A stretch of 64,000 nucleotides of DNA, taken from NCBI GenBank assembly GCA_031835245.2, contig JAVKOQ020000030.1:124001-188000 (forward strand), written 5' to 3'. Positions 1 through 11,516 of this stretch are shown here, piece after piece. Source of the DNA: Balamuthia mandrillaris (lineage: Eukaryota). How positions within the stretch are numbered: position 1 is the first letter of the stretch; every line of letters begins with the position of its first letter. The notes beneath the pieces are model-generated. The model was not told the DNA's origin. It searched no databases and worked only from the letters and a program-made list of their open reading frames with translations. The translations under genes were made by a program, and so were the position numbers.

Positions 1-130
1 AGACAAGATGATCTTTCTCAAGACCTCTGGTGTGCCTTTTGGAATGCGCAGTGCCTTGCCTGTTTGTTGTTGTTTTTTACAGTTAGCAACAACAGGAAGA
101 AAACATGAGAGAGAGAGGGGAAGAAGAGGC

Positions 131-170
<40 letters not shown>

Positions 171-2115
171 GAGAAATACGAACAGCCTTCATTGCAGATT
201 TTGACGGCAGCCTTCATGACGTGAGTATCACCGAATGGTTCCTCCCCCAACGTGACGATCTCCCACAAACAAATGCCGTAGCTATGAGACCATTTGTTTT
301 GCATGAGCATGAGGCAAGAAACGAACAAAAACAGCGAAAACAAGCAAAAAACAAAACAAACCTCCAAACGTCGGACTTTTCAGAGTAAATGCTCTCTTGA
401 ATGGCTTCGGGAGACATCCTGTTTCATGGGAGACAACAGGGATGAGTAAACAAAGCGCAACAAGGTAGAATACAGGCAAAACGAACAAGCACATTCAAAA
501 AACAAAGCGAACCATTTCAAAGGGCCAACTTCCTGTTTGGTCTTCTGCTCTGCTCCTTGCAGCTTCAGCTTTCTTGACAACCCAAAGTCTGCATTATCCC
601 GTTGTTGATGAGGACGTTTGCTTTAGCACATGAATGTGGCGGAACGGGAAGGGTTGTTTACCTGAAACTTTGATGTTCAAGTCTTCCGTCATCAGCAGGT
701 TCCTGGCTGCCAAGTCTCTGTGCGTGATTCCTTCTGCATGCAAATGAGCCATTCCAGCTTCATTTTTGATGAGAAAAACAATCAATCCTTTTATCTCCTT
801 TTATCAAGAGAGAGCGAAGAGAGAGAGAGAGAGAGAACAAACCGGCCACATCAAAGGCCATGGCGATCATGCTCTCTTCAGACAATTGGTCTTGTTTGCG
901 GAGATAAGACAAGAGATCCCCGTTGGCAAGGAACTCGGTCACGATGCATTCCGGCATTCCATCCTCTTCCACCAATCCCATCAGCTGCACCACATTCGGG
1001 TGTGGTCTCAGGTTTCTGTTGTGTGTGAGTTGTTTTTATTTTTTTGTTTTAAAGTGTAAGTGCTCCTTTGTGGTAGATAAAAAGCAAGAACAAAACCACA
1101 AAGAAAAACAAAAAAAACAAAGAAAAGGCGGACCTCATGAGTTGCGCTTCATGTTGGAAACTGGCAAGCTGCTCGTCATCCATGGTGTGAAGCTTCTTGA
1201 TGGCCACTTCTGTTTGTCTCCATGCTCCTTTCCACACCACTCCGAATGCTCTGCAACACATTCCTCCCGTTAGCCCTGATACAAAAGAAAAGCAAATGAC
1301 AAAGAGGAGAGCGAGAGCGAGAGCGAACGAACCCTTGTCCAATCTCTTTGATGAACTCCAAATCCTCTCTGTTGATGAACCAGTTCTGCATTCCCTTGTC
1401 ATTGTTCTTCTTGGTGGATTTTCTTCGTTTTGTCTCCTCTTTGTTTTTCTTGCCCAGGGCAGATGCTTGATAATACTGGGTTTGGCCTTCTTCCATGTCC
1501 ATCTCTCGAGTGGCCATGTTCTTGCGAGCACGACGAGACCTCACCAACAGCACTGCCACAACGATGGCCACCACAAGAAGTACCAGCAACACACCCACCA
1601 CCACCACTGGAGCGATCACTTCTGCTCCCACTTCCTCATCCTCCTCTGCTTTTGCTTGTAAGGATGGAACCTCTTTAACGACAAGGAAGGATGAGCCTTG
1701 GCCTTGTTGCAGATACGCGCCCCTGGGTTGCTCCAGCACCACTCGCAAACCTTCTTCCTCTGTTGACTGTTCTGGGTACTCGAAAGTAACTTCGATGACT
1801 GCAGAGGTGGTCTCGCCGAGGAAGGTCAAGGGATTGGCCACAGAAACGCTGATGGTGTTGGGGTCGATTCCAGAGGTGCTCTCCACTGAAAATGGAACCA
1901 CGATCTCTTCCCATGGTGCAGAGGACACCTCCACCAGGAAGCTTGCTGACCCCGTGCTTTGTCGTTTCCTGGCCTCGCTGGATGGGAGGTTCAAGGAGGT
2001 GGAAGTCACATTGACCGTGATGGAGCTCATCAACAAAATGTCGATGGTGGCGGGCACTCCTTGGTCTGTTATATTGGGTACAATAGCACGGTAAAGACCA
2101 GGAGAAGTAACACGC

Positions 2116-2148
<33 letters not shown>

Positions 2149-4013
2149 GACCATATCGAGAATTTTTCACCAAGAAATCGGGGATGTTATCTCCGTTCAA
2201 GTCGGCAGCAGGGGACACTCTTTCGCCATACTCAGACCCCTGATCCGTCCTCGTTAAGTCCACCAGCGCCTTTACGGTTCCGTTGCGATTCAACAACATC
2301 AACCAAACGATTTCTTGTTAACGAAGGCATAGGAACAGCAGTTAGATAAAATAACCACAGGTAAGCAGACCAAAGGATAAACGCACAACGGAACATAACA
2401 ACGAGAAAACAAAACTTACTTGGGTATCCCCAGGTGACAAGAAGGTCGGGAATTTGGTCGTGGTTCCAGTCCATAGATGGACCGAACCGCTCGGCTTCTG
2501 TCAGAGCACCTTCATTTCCGATGTTGCGTATGTTTTCACCGAAGACAATCATTTGGTGGGTGATATTGTTGATCGTAACGAACACAGAGGCATCGTTGTA
2601 TCCGCCATATTCATAAGGGATGTTCAGTAAAGAGTCCTCCACAAAGACGGAAATCTCTTGCATGGCTTTGACAGTGGCGTTTCGGTTCAGGAATAGAATG
2701 AAAACTGCTCCTTTGTTGTCGTGAGCTCTGTCCATCCCGACTGCCAGGTCTGGAATGTTATCTCCATCCAGATCTCCAAGCCCTTTATGTTGCGTAAACC
2801 TTTCAGTGATAAGAAAAAAAAGCAAGAAGTGAACAGAACGTACCGGTAACACTAGAGCCAAACGCATTGGAGTCAGGCGGCATCTCGTCTTCAACATCAA
2901 CCTCTCTTTCCACCCACCATGAGTCGCTTTCCCAACCGTCTCCAATGTCTGGAAAGTCAGAGGTGCAGTTGCTGCAGGAGGAAATGGTCATCACGTCCTT
3001 GATGGTGAGGTCGTTGTTCATGTAGACCACGTAGATCTCTCCTCTGTAGTTATTTTCTCGTTTGGGACAGCTCAAAACGATATCTCCTACCCCATCTCCA
3101 TCCAAGTCTCCCAAAAATCTGCCAGACGAAAATGGTGAGGTTAACGAACTAAAGGAAGAGTTGAAGAAGAACAGGAACGCACGTTAAGTCATGAGGAACA
3201 TCATTGCCGTTCGTATACCATTCAGCGTATTCCAGCTCGGAGAATGGTGAGAATTGGTTCAAAGGAGGTTCCGTAGGAGACAAGATAAGGCGAGCATCGT
3301 TTTCAAAAGTTCCATTGGCGTTCATTGAGTAGATGTATGCTGTACCCAGGTGGTCAGTTGGTTATAAGAGAAGCATTTAATAGGAAACAAACCATAAGTG
3401 CTGCCTTGGTCGGAGGGAGCCACAACTGCCACTTCCAGTTTGCCGTCAGCGTTGAGGTCCGTCAAGGGCACAATCGTTGCACCATATCGAAACATGTAGG
3501 CTTCATAGGGCGAAGCCATGAGCTCATAACTCTCCACGTAGATGGACTCATTAAGAAGGAGGGTCATAACTCCGCCGGAATAGTCGTAGTCTAGCAGAGG
3601 ACAAGAGGTTAGGTACACCTCAGAGATAAAACGAAACGTAAACAGGACCTGATGCGTACCAACGCTTCCCAGGCCAGTGGCGATGCCATGAAGGTCGCCA
3701 TCGACTTGGCCAAGATAACAGGGGGACTGCGGCCAGGCAAAAAGGACCTCCTGTGAAGGTATTCCATTGTTTCTACCGGGACCTATGCTGCGCACCTCCC
3801 CGATGCCATAGTTCAAGTTGAAAAAGCCTTCACCTTCCTGCCCTTGGGCTAAACAAAAAAGAGCAACGAATAACATCAGAAAACAACTATCCAAAGGTGT
3901 TTTGAGCAGAAAAAAAACCAAAAACCAAAAGAGAGCTGCTTACTTGTGGCCGCAAAGGCGAGACTCAAAAGGAGACAAGGCAGCCACCTCCAGACCAAGC
4001 TGCGTGACTGCAT
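1..4013 (-). CDS. Receptor tyrosine-kinase-like protein: signal peptide, FG-GAP repeats, Calx-beta-like domain, TM, kinase (multi-exon; 3' end runs off window)
   Basis: ATG at 4013 gives MQSRSLVWRWLPCLLLSLAFAAT (signal peptide), then a GT-AG intron. FG-GAP-type motifs DLNADGKLEVAV, GDLDGDGVGDIV, GDLDGDNIPDLAVG, DLNGDNIPDFLV. TM VIAPVVVVGVLLVLLVVAIVVAVLLV followed by RSRR. Kinase motifs EIGQG, VAIKKL, HRDLAARN, GPLKWMSPE, SEKSDVW. Confidence 0.9.
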
Positions 4014-4468
4014 TCCCGTACGTCAACGTTGTCCTTGCTCTATGTTAAAATGCGTGGAACGAAAAGTGGTGCTTTTGAGACTGCGTTTCGTTTGCGCAGT
4101 TGGTGCCTTGTAGCTGTATTATTAACCTCTTGGTCACCATGTGCATCACACCCGTATGTAATGGTTGGCCAGGCCATCCGTTCTTTTTAGAGATTTTATC
4201 GCCGAATAACAACCACAAACTCCCCGCTCTAACCAATAGTATAATTCGTTCAGGTCTATTAAACCTATACCTGGCAGGAGCGGTTTTGTAACGCAAAGAG
4301 TTTCGCCTTCATTGAACTGATCTCCGGGCAACCTGTAGCACAATTTTGTGTTCTCACGGTTATAAGCGGGGTAGTTTATTGGACACAACGAATGTGGCCT
4401 GCCTTTCAAAAACCTTTCTAAACCGGAGAGAGAGAGAGAGAGAGAGAGAGGAAAGAAGGGTTTGAGTA

Positions 4469-7400
4469 ATGCGGGGAGTGTCGGTCTTTTGTTGGCGTGC
4501 GGTGGTGGCGGTGGTGATGTTGTCGTTGGCTTGCCATGCCGAAGCACAACGGAAGGTCTCGTGGGGCAACTACTTGGTCTCGCAGGAGCTGTACCTCCGC
4601 GGGAACGACGAGCTGCAGTTCGGGAGAGGGCTGGCTTCGTTGGAGAGCGTTCCCACAGCCCCGGGCTGCCATTTGGCGGTAGGCGCGTACGCCCTGGCGG
4701 ACGTCTTTTTTCATGCCAACGGAACGATGGGAGAGCTCAAGACTTTAGAGCCGGAGAACTCCACGGGGTTCGGGGCGGTAGCTCCTTTGACGGACTTGAA
4801 CGGGGATGGACGGCTGGAAATAGCTGTTACAACGAACGTAGACGGCTGTGCGTATATCCTTGCCTTTTTTTTCTTCTTCTCATGTAACTCACTTCAATCT
4901 CCCGGTCTCTCCGTCGCTGGCTTTCTGCTCCGCTGCGTTCGTACGTGTACAAAAACAAACAAAAAAAAAGATGGAAAAAGCGTGCATATCGGCAGTCAAG
5001 CAGACGACTTCTTCTTCAACACAACAAGCTTCAAGACGTTCGCCATGGACGAACTGCCCTTATCCCGTTTTCCCGTGTTCCAGCAAAGATACAACGCTAG
5101 CTCGCCACGTGCCCCCGATTTCTCTTTTGGAGTCAGCATCACGTACTTGTTTGCTTCATCTTTGTTCTCTGCTCTCTCTCTTTTTCTCCCTTCTTTCTTC
5201 TTTCTCCTCTCTTTCTTCTCATCTCTCTCTTTCTCATTTGTCGTCTCTCTTTCTGCTCTCTCTTTCTCTCTTTCGCTGTCTCTTTATCTTTCTTCTCTTC
5301 TCTCGCTTTGTTCTGTCTCTTTCTTCTCTCAATTCTCCCTTTCTCTCTTCTCTCCTCCCGCTCTCCCTCCCTCCTCTCTCCTCTCTCTTCTCTCTCTCTT
5401 CGCTCCTCTCCTTCTCACTCCGTTATAAAGGTTCGTTGGAGACATTGACAACAACGGTGTTGGAGACATCGCCATTACTGGCGATCACAGAGTACACTCC
5501 AATTCAGGCTCAGCCGTTCACATCCTTTTCTTGGACGAAAGTTTGGATGTTCTCAATGTCAGCACCATTACTCTTGTTCCCGATGACAGTGACTCTGCCC
5601 CATCTTTTGCATCCCCGGATGAGTTGGGATTTCAAGTCGGTTTGTTTGGTACCAGTATTATTGGTATACCTTCTCCTTTGTCTATGTTCTCTTTCTCCTT
5701 GCCCTGCTTTTCTTCTTCATGTTCTTCTTCTTCTTCTTCTTCTTCTTCTTCTTCTTCTTCTCAACTCTTATGTGAAATTGGGTTCCAAAATATACCAGGG
5801 CTGGGCGACTTGGATGGAGACAACACACCAGACATGGCAGCAACAGCACGAACAAACATGATCGGCTACTTGTTCATCTTGTTTCTCACGCCGGATGGCG
5901 GCGTCAAAGACTATCGCGTTCACACTTCGGATGCTGCCTACCGTCCATCTGGAGCCCTTGACTTTGGTTGGTTCGGTGCCAGCATAAAGAGCATGGGCAA
6001 CGAGGCGGCCTTGACGGAAGAGGAAAGGTTTTCTTCTGCTGACTTCAACAATGACCATTTCCCTGATTTGGTGCTTTATGAAGATGGAGAGGGTCCGTGT
6101 TATTCGTGTTCCTTTCTTCTGCTACTTCTTGTTCTTGTATTCTCTCTCTTTCTATCACGCTTGTGTTTAAACTGCTTTTCGTTGTACAGGAGATGTGTGG
6201 TTACTCTTTTTGGACAGTACAGGTAACATAACTGGAAATATGTACTATGGCATTTCTTCTTCTTTCATCGCTATGGCATCAGCAGTGTTCGATGCCAACG
6301 ACGATTCCATACCAGACGTTGCTATAGCCAATATGGCTGGAGGTGTCTTTCTTCTTTCTCACCCTGTCGGAAACGCTTTTTCTGAACTTGGTTTTTCTTC
6401 ATATGCAGGCAGTATAGCTGTTCTATTGATGGATGGTATTCGGATTACCGTCACATCTGCAACTTTTGAGGAGACAGGCGAAGAAGAGCAAGGCAATTCA
6501 GGGTTACAGCAAACACTGGAGTTGACGGTCACATTTGAGGTAAAACTGTCAGCCAAACCAGAGTTTGGCATTGAGGTGGAGTTCGAAGTGGAAACGAATC
6601 TTGCAGAGGAGGATGTGGTGGTGTTGTCCTCTTCTCCTCTAAAGTTTGAACCTGGACAGGATTCCGCTACCGTTCAGCTGTCAGCAGTTGTACCTGCTGA
6701 ATTGTTTGGTTTGTGTTTCCCCAGTCATCTCTCTTCCTTTTTTTGGTTTGTTGTGGCTTTTGTCGCTGACTGGCTCACTCATGGGCAGACCAAGCGAGAG
6801 GGAAAAGGAAGCAAGAGGAAGATCCAACTGTGACTTTGGTGCTGAAGTCAGCTATGAATGCTCTCGTGAACAACAGCAACCCATCTTTCACGTTAGCGTT
6901 GATAAAGCCGGGAGATGAAAGTTCTGAAGATAAAGAAGGCGATGATGAAGATCAAACTAAAGTGATTGTGCCCATCGTTGTAAGTGTTGTGGTGGTACTG
7001 CTGGCATTTCTGGTAGCCATCGGAATTGGAGTTTGGTGGCGACGACGAAGAATACAAAAGATTGCTGACGCTAAGCTGATGGAGATGGAATCGCAGTATG
7101 GAACACTTGAAGCTGGCGGTGACCGCAACGATGAATCAGAAGACGAAGAGGAGGAAGAAGAGGAGGAGATAGAAATGGAGGTCAGAGACCACTGGGAAAT
7201 CTCGTATGACGAGTTGAAGTTCATTCGAAAGATCGGCGAAGGGTACGCACTTACTGCTTCTCATTCTGTTTGCTTGTTCGTTCATTTCTTTGTCTAAACA
7301 ATTTCTTATTTTGGTCGCTACCTCAGTGCTTCAGGGGAAGTGTGGAAAGGAATGTGGAGGAACTCTCCAGTGGCCATCAAGAAACTACACACCATGGATG

Positions 7401-8514
7401 AAGAGCAGCTTCAAGACTTTCAGACGGAAGCGCAGACCCTCAAGTTTGTTTCTATCATACAACATTCTTTTAAACAATGTGTTGACTTCAACACCATTAC
7501 AGAGCAGTTCGACCACACGGAAACGTCATTCGACTGTTGGGCATCATGACTGAAGAGGACAAACCGTTCTGCATCGTGACAGAGTTCATGCACCAAGGAG
7601 ACCTCAACAGCTACCTGTTGAACAACAAAACCAAGATCGACCATGATATCATGCTCAAATGGGCCATCGATATTGCCAGTTCGTTTATGCTCTTCTTTGT
7701 TGGCTTTGTGTTTATTTTGACGTTCGCTCTAAAAAACAAAAAGGTGGAATGCATCATCTGCACTCAGAGGGGATAACGCATCGTGATTTGGCCACAAGAA
7801 ACCTCCTTCTCACCAAACGCTTGCGCATCAAAGTTGCTGGTATGCTTTCTCTCGTATTCTCCTCTTCTTGCGCCGCTGGCTTCGTTTGATCGCCTTTAAA
7901 AAAACAACACCAGACTTTGGGATGTCGCGACAGATGGAGAAGATTGGAGGAATTCAAAAGACAACGAAAGAAGTTGGACCACTCAAATGGTTTGTTGTTT
8001 TTCTTTATCACCACTGTGACTAAATGCGGTTTTTGACTTTTTTTTGTTTTTGCAGGATGGCTCCAGAGGCCATTGAAGATCATGTTTATTCTGAAAAGTC
8101 AGATGTCTGGAGGTTCGCTTGCCACTCTTTCATGCTCTCCTGTTGTATATTCCTGTTTGACCATTCATTCTTTATTTCCATTTCAAAAGTTTCGGAGTAT
8201 GTTTGTGGGAGATAGCGTCGTTTGGAGCCGTTCCTTATGATGGCTTGTCTCCCGTCAATGCTGCTATTCGCGTCTGTCAACAAAAGGCATCGCTGTTGGT
8301 GCCGCCAGAAGATATGCCTCCCATTCTTCGCACCGTGATGCTGTCCTGTTGGGCGTTCTCTCCTGCTGAACGGTTCGTCTTTCCTTGCTTCCCAATCCTT
8401 GACCACATACCCTCTCTCTCGTTCTTTTGAATATTTGAACCGACTGACCATCTTATTTGGGGGGTGTGCAGGCCAACATTTGCCGACATTCTTCAGTCTT
8501 TGACGGCGGGATAA
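4469..8514 (+). CDS. Paralogous FG-GAP/Calx-beta-like/TM receptor tyrosine-kinase-like protein (multi-exon)
   Basis: Signal peptide MRGVSVFCWRAVVAVVMLSLACHAEA. Motifs DLNGDGRLEIAV, GDLDGDNTPDMA, DFNNDHFPDLV, DANDDSIPDVA. TM VIVPIVVSVVVVLLAFLVAIGIGVWW followed by RRRR. Kinase KIGEG, VAIKKL, HRDLATRN, DFG, GPLKWMAPE. Last exon RPTFADILQSLTAG* ends at 8514. Confidence 0.92.
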
Positions 8515-9105
8515 CGCACCTTTGGCCTTTTGTATTGCCATTATGTACACACACTCATCAAACCAACAAAGAAAAAGCAAACAGAGAATTGATGTCGACA
8601 AATTGGATGTCGACGTTATTTTATATTATGTCGACAATTAAATATTGACGTGGCCTATTTAATTGTCGACAGGAAAAGAAAAAGAAAAAGTTGCGCATCG
8701 GAATCTCTTTTGCCCTCTCAACCCTTTTCCCGTGGGGGCCGCACGACTGACACTTTGGGGACCAGTTGTATCGAACCACTTCCGACGACAACACTGGGTG
8801 GCGCCAAAATGGGGGACGGCAGGGGCGGCGGTGGTTCGGGTCATTCATTCATCAGAGGCTTGTCATTCGTTTCGGAGTTTTAAAAAGGCCTTTCCCCCCT
8901 GTCAATGGTTTCCCGCTTTGTTCTTTTTTTGTTTGTGCTCTCTCTCTCTCTCTCTCGTTTATTTGTTTCTCTTTCTTTCTCGTTTATTTGTTTCCTCCGG
9001 CACCAACATAAAAAATTACTTACCCCCATACACTCCACACGCCAACCACAAAAAAACAGAGTAGCGGAACAGATAGTTGAATTTTTTTTTAAACCAGAAG
9101 AAGGA

Positions 9106-10305
9106 ATGCTCGCTCTCTCTTCCGCTGTTTTCACCACATCATCAACAGCAATGACCGCCGCTTACTCTGCCATCGACGCGTTGCCCCTCTTTGAGGATGA
9201 TTTTCTTGGGACGGAGCGATTTCCCTCCTCTTTTTCTCGGTTCATCGACGACGCCTCTGCCTCCGACGAGGAGCTATGCTTCTCAGAGGAGGGAGAGGAG
9301 GATTTTACTCTGTTGGATCTTCCGCTGGAGCTCGTGATGGAGGTGTTTACCTACCTCTCGGGCAAGGACTTGGCCGCCACGACCACCGTGTGTCGCGACT
9401 GGCACGCCCTCACCCTCTGCCCTCTCCTGTGGCGCCGCTTGGTCTTTGCGGAGCTTCTTTCTTCTGCTGTTGTGGATGAGGGGACCGTGGCGCAAGGGAC
9501 GAGCGTGTCATGCCCAGCCTCGGCGTGGAAAGAAAAGTATCGGAAGATAGCGGGCGGCACGTGGGACCCCCAACGAACGGGCCGTCAGTTGGAGTTGTGT
9601 CGCAACCAGAAACAAGTTAAAGTGCCTGAAGGCTGTGGTACGTTTATTGTTGTTCACACACAAAGCAAGGAAACAACACAGACTGATCCCATGTTTGTTT
9701 TGTGCTGTGCAGCTTCTTCATGGCGAACGGTTCTCTCGGAGCGTTCTTTTAAGCCGGAGCAAGGTTCCAAGGTTTATGTCTCCCTTCGATACAACACATA
9801 TCTGCCTCCACCACAACAGCAAGAAGAAGAAGGACAAACACAAGAAACCCAAACTCCACCAACCCCGCCAACCAACATGTGCGTTGGCTTTGTTCCTGCT
9901 CCCTCCAAAACGTTGAGGCTCAACTTGGAGTCAGACATCAGTTGCGTGGGGTGGAGTCTTTGGAGAGACGGAGAGATGCGTCGTTGGCCGTTGGACCTTT
10001 CTCCTTCTTCTTCCTCCTCTTCTTCTTCTTCTTCCACTGCCCAAAGATACGTGACATCTCTGCCCGAATGGAAGGATGGGGACGTCGTCACTTTGGAGTT
10101 GGATTGGGAGAAGGAACGAGGCTCTCTCAACTTTTTGCTCAACGGGAAGCGAGTGGAGGAGGCGGAGCACATGAAGAGCGGACTGGCTTCTGTCAGCGGC
10201 ATTTTGGACTACACGGACGAGCTCTGCTTGGCCGTCTCCCTCTACGACAACACCGGAGCTGTCACCATCCTCTCCGTAGCTTCAACCTTGGATGGCACCT
10301 TTTGA
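9106..10305 (+). CDS. F-box protein with C-terminal SPRY/B30.2-like domain
   Basis: LLDLPLELVMEVFTYLSGKDLAATTTVCRDW..LW is a typical F-box. C-terminal MCVGF..., WKDGDVVTLELD..GSLNFLLNG..LCLAVSL is SPRY-like. Probable in-frame 75-nt intron at 9638-9712. Start may be 9106 or 9151. Confidence 0.85.
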   Translation: MLALSSAVFTTSSTAMTAAYSAIDALPLFEDDFLGTERFPSSFSRFIDDASASDEELCFSEEGEEDFTLLDLPLELVMEVFTYLSGKDLAATTTVCRDWHALTLCPLLWRRLVFAELLSSAVVDEGTVAQGTSVSCPASAWKEKYRKIAGGTWDPQRTGRQLELCRNQKQVKVPEGCGTFIVVHTQSKETTQTDPMFVLCCAASSWRTVLSERSFKPEQGSKVYVSLRYNTYLPPPQQQEEEGQTQETQTPPTPPTNMCVGFVPAPSKTLRLNLESDISCVGWSLWRDGEMRRWPLDLSPSSSSSSSSSSTAQRYVTSLPEWKDGDVVTLELDWEKERGSLNFLLNGKRVEEAEHMKSGLASVSGILDYTDELCLAVSLYDNTGAVTILSVASTLDGTF

Positions 10306-10568
10306 AACTCACTCGTTTTTTGTTTTTGTTTTTTGGAAGTTTTGGAAGTTTCCATTCTTTTTTTTCTGTACTGCGGACCTCTGTTTTCTATCAACTTTCC
10401 TCCATGATGGAGTAACTTGCGTTCGTTTTCCTGCCTGCCAAGAGAGATAAAACTGAACAAAAACAAACAGAAAAATGAGAGAAACTAACAGCCTGAACTT
10501 CTTTTTTTTATTATATATTCTCTCTCTTTCATTTTCTCTTTTTCAATACATATAGTTCGTATAAGTAC

Positions 10569-10617
<49 letters not shown>

Positions 10618-10618
<1 letters not shown>

Positions 10619-11187
10619 TGTATACTTCAACGTCAGCGCACAGAAAGGAGAGATGGAAGGTTGGGGCTAAGGGAGCGGCGGAGGGAGCGCTCATCGGAGG
10701 TGCCGCAGGGGCAGGCACCGGGGCGCTCATCGGCGCTCTTGGGGGACCCATCGGGGTGGCCGTGGGATTTGCTGCTGGAGGGATCGTGGGCAGCGTCGCT
10801 GGCGCGCCCAACGGGGCTGCCCTTGAGCTGGATCGCCAGATGCCGGTGTATTGTTATTCGGAAGACCATAACGACCACCATCTCCACGATGGCTCGGCTG
10901 GGGCTGGATGGATGCGCCGACAGAGCAGACGATTGGAGTATGGATGGAAGAAGAGACAAACGAAGAGGAGGGGAAAGAAGATGAGAAGTCAAAATAAGAA
11001 TGGATACGTGGCCCCTGACGCGGTGATGGACGGTTGGCAGGATGAAGGAGATCCGTTGCTGCTTGGAGCGGAGGATGATGAGGAGGAGTTTGTGGATTCT
11101 GGGCTGGGAATGAAGAAGGATATCAACAATAAGAACTACAAGAAAGTGGATTATCTGTTTGCGCCGACGGAGCAGGAGGAATATTGA
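10618..11187 (+). CDS. Small glycine-zipper protein
   Basis: Intronless 189-aa ORF containing GAAEGALIGGAAGAGTGALIGALGGPIGVAVGFAAGGIVGSVAG (GxxxG repeats), then basic and acidic segments. Confidence 0.7.
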
Positions 11188-11291
11188 TAGCCTTTTCAAT
11201 ATGTCCACGCGTGTAAAAAATAATTGCAAAAGAAAGAATGAAACTTGTTGTTTGAACTTTTGGACAAAAAAAACGAAAAGAGATCTTACGT

Positions 11292-11476
11292 TCATTGTAG
11301 CGTTGTTGTGTGTTGGGTGCTGTAATGTTGAATCAACCAGGTAGTAATGATGAGCTCCTCTTGCATGCGAGCCTCCTTCACATAAATAGGATCCGCTTTG
11401 TTGGGTCCCCTCAAATCCAGGTGATGTGCTGCCTCTGTTAAAAACAAGGAGAAGAAGACAAGAAAAATAAGAAACA

Positions 11477-11516
<40 letters not shown>

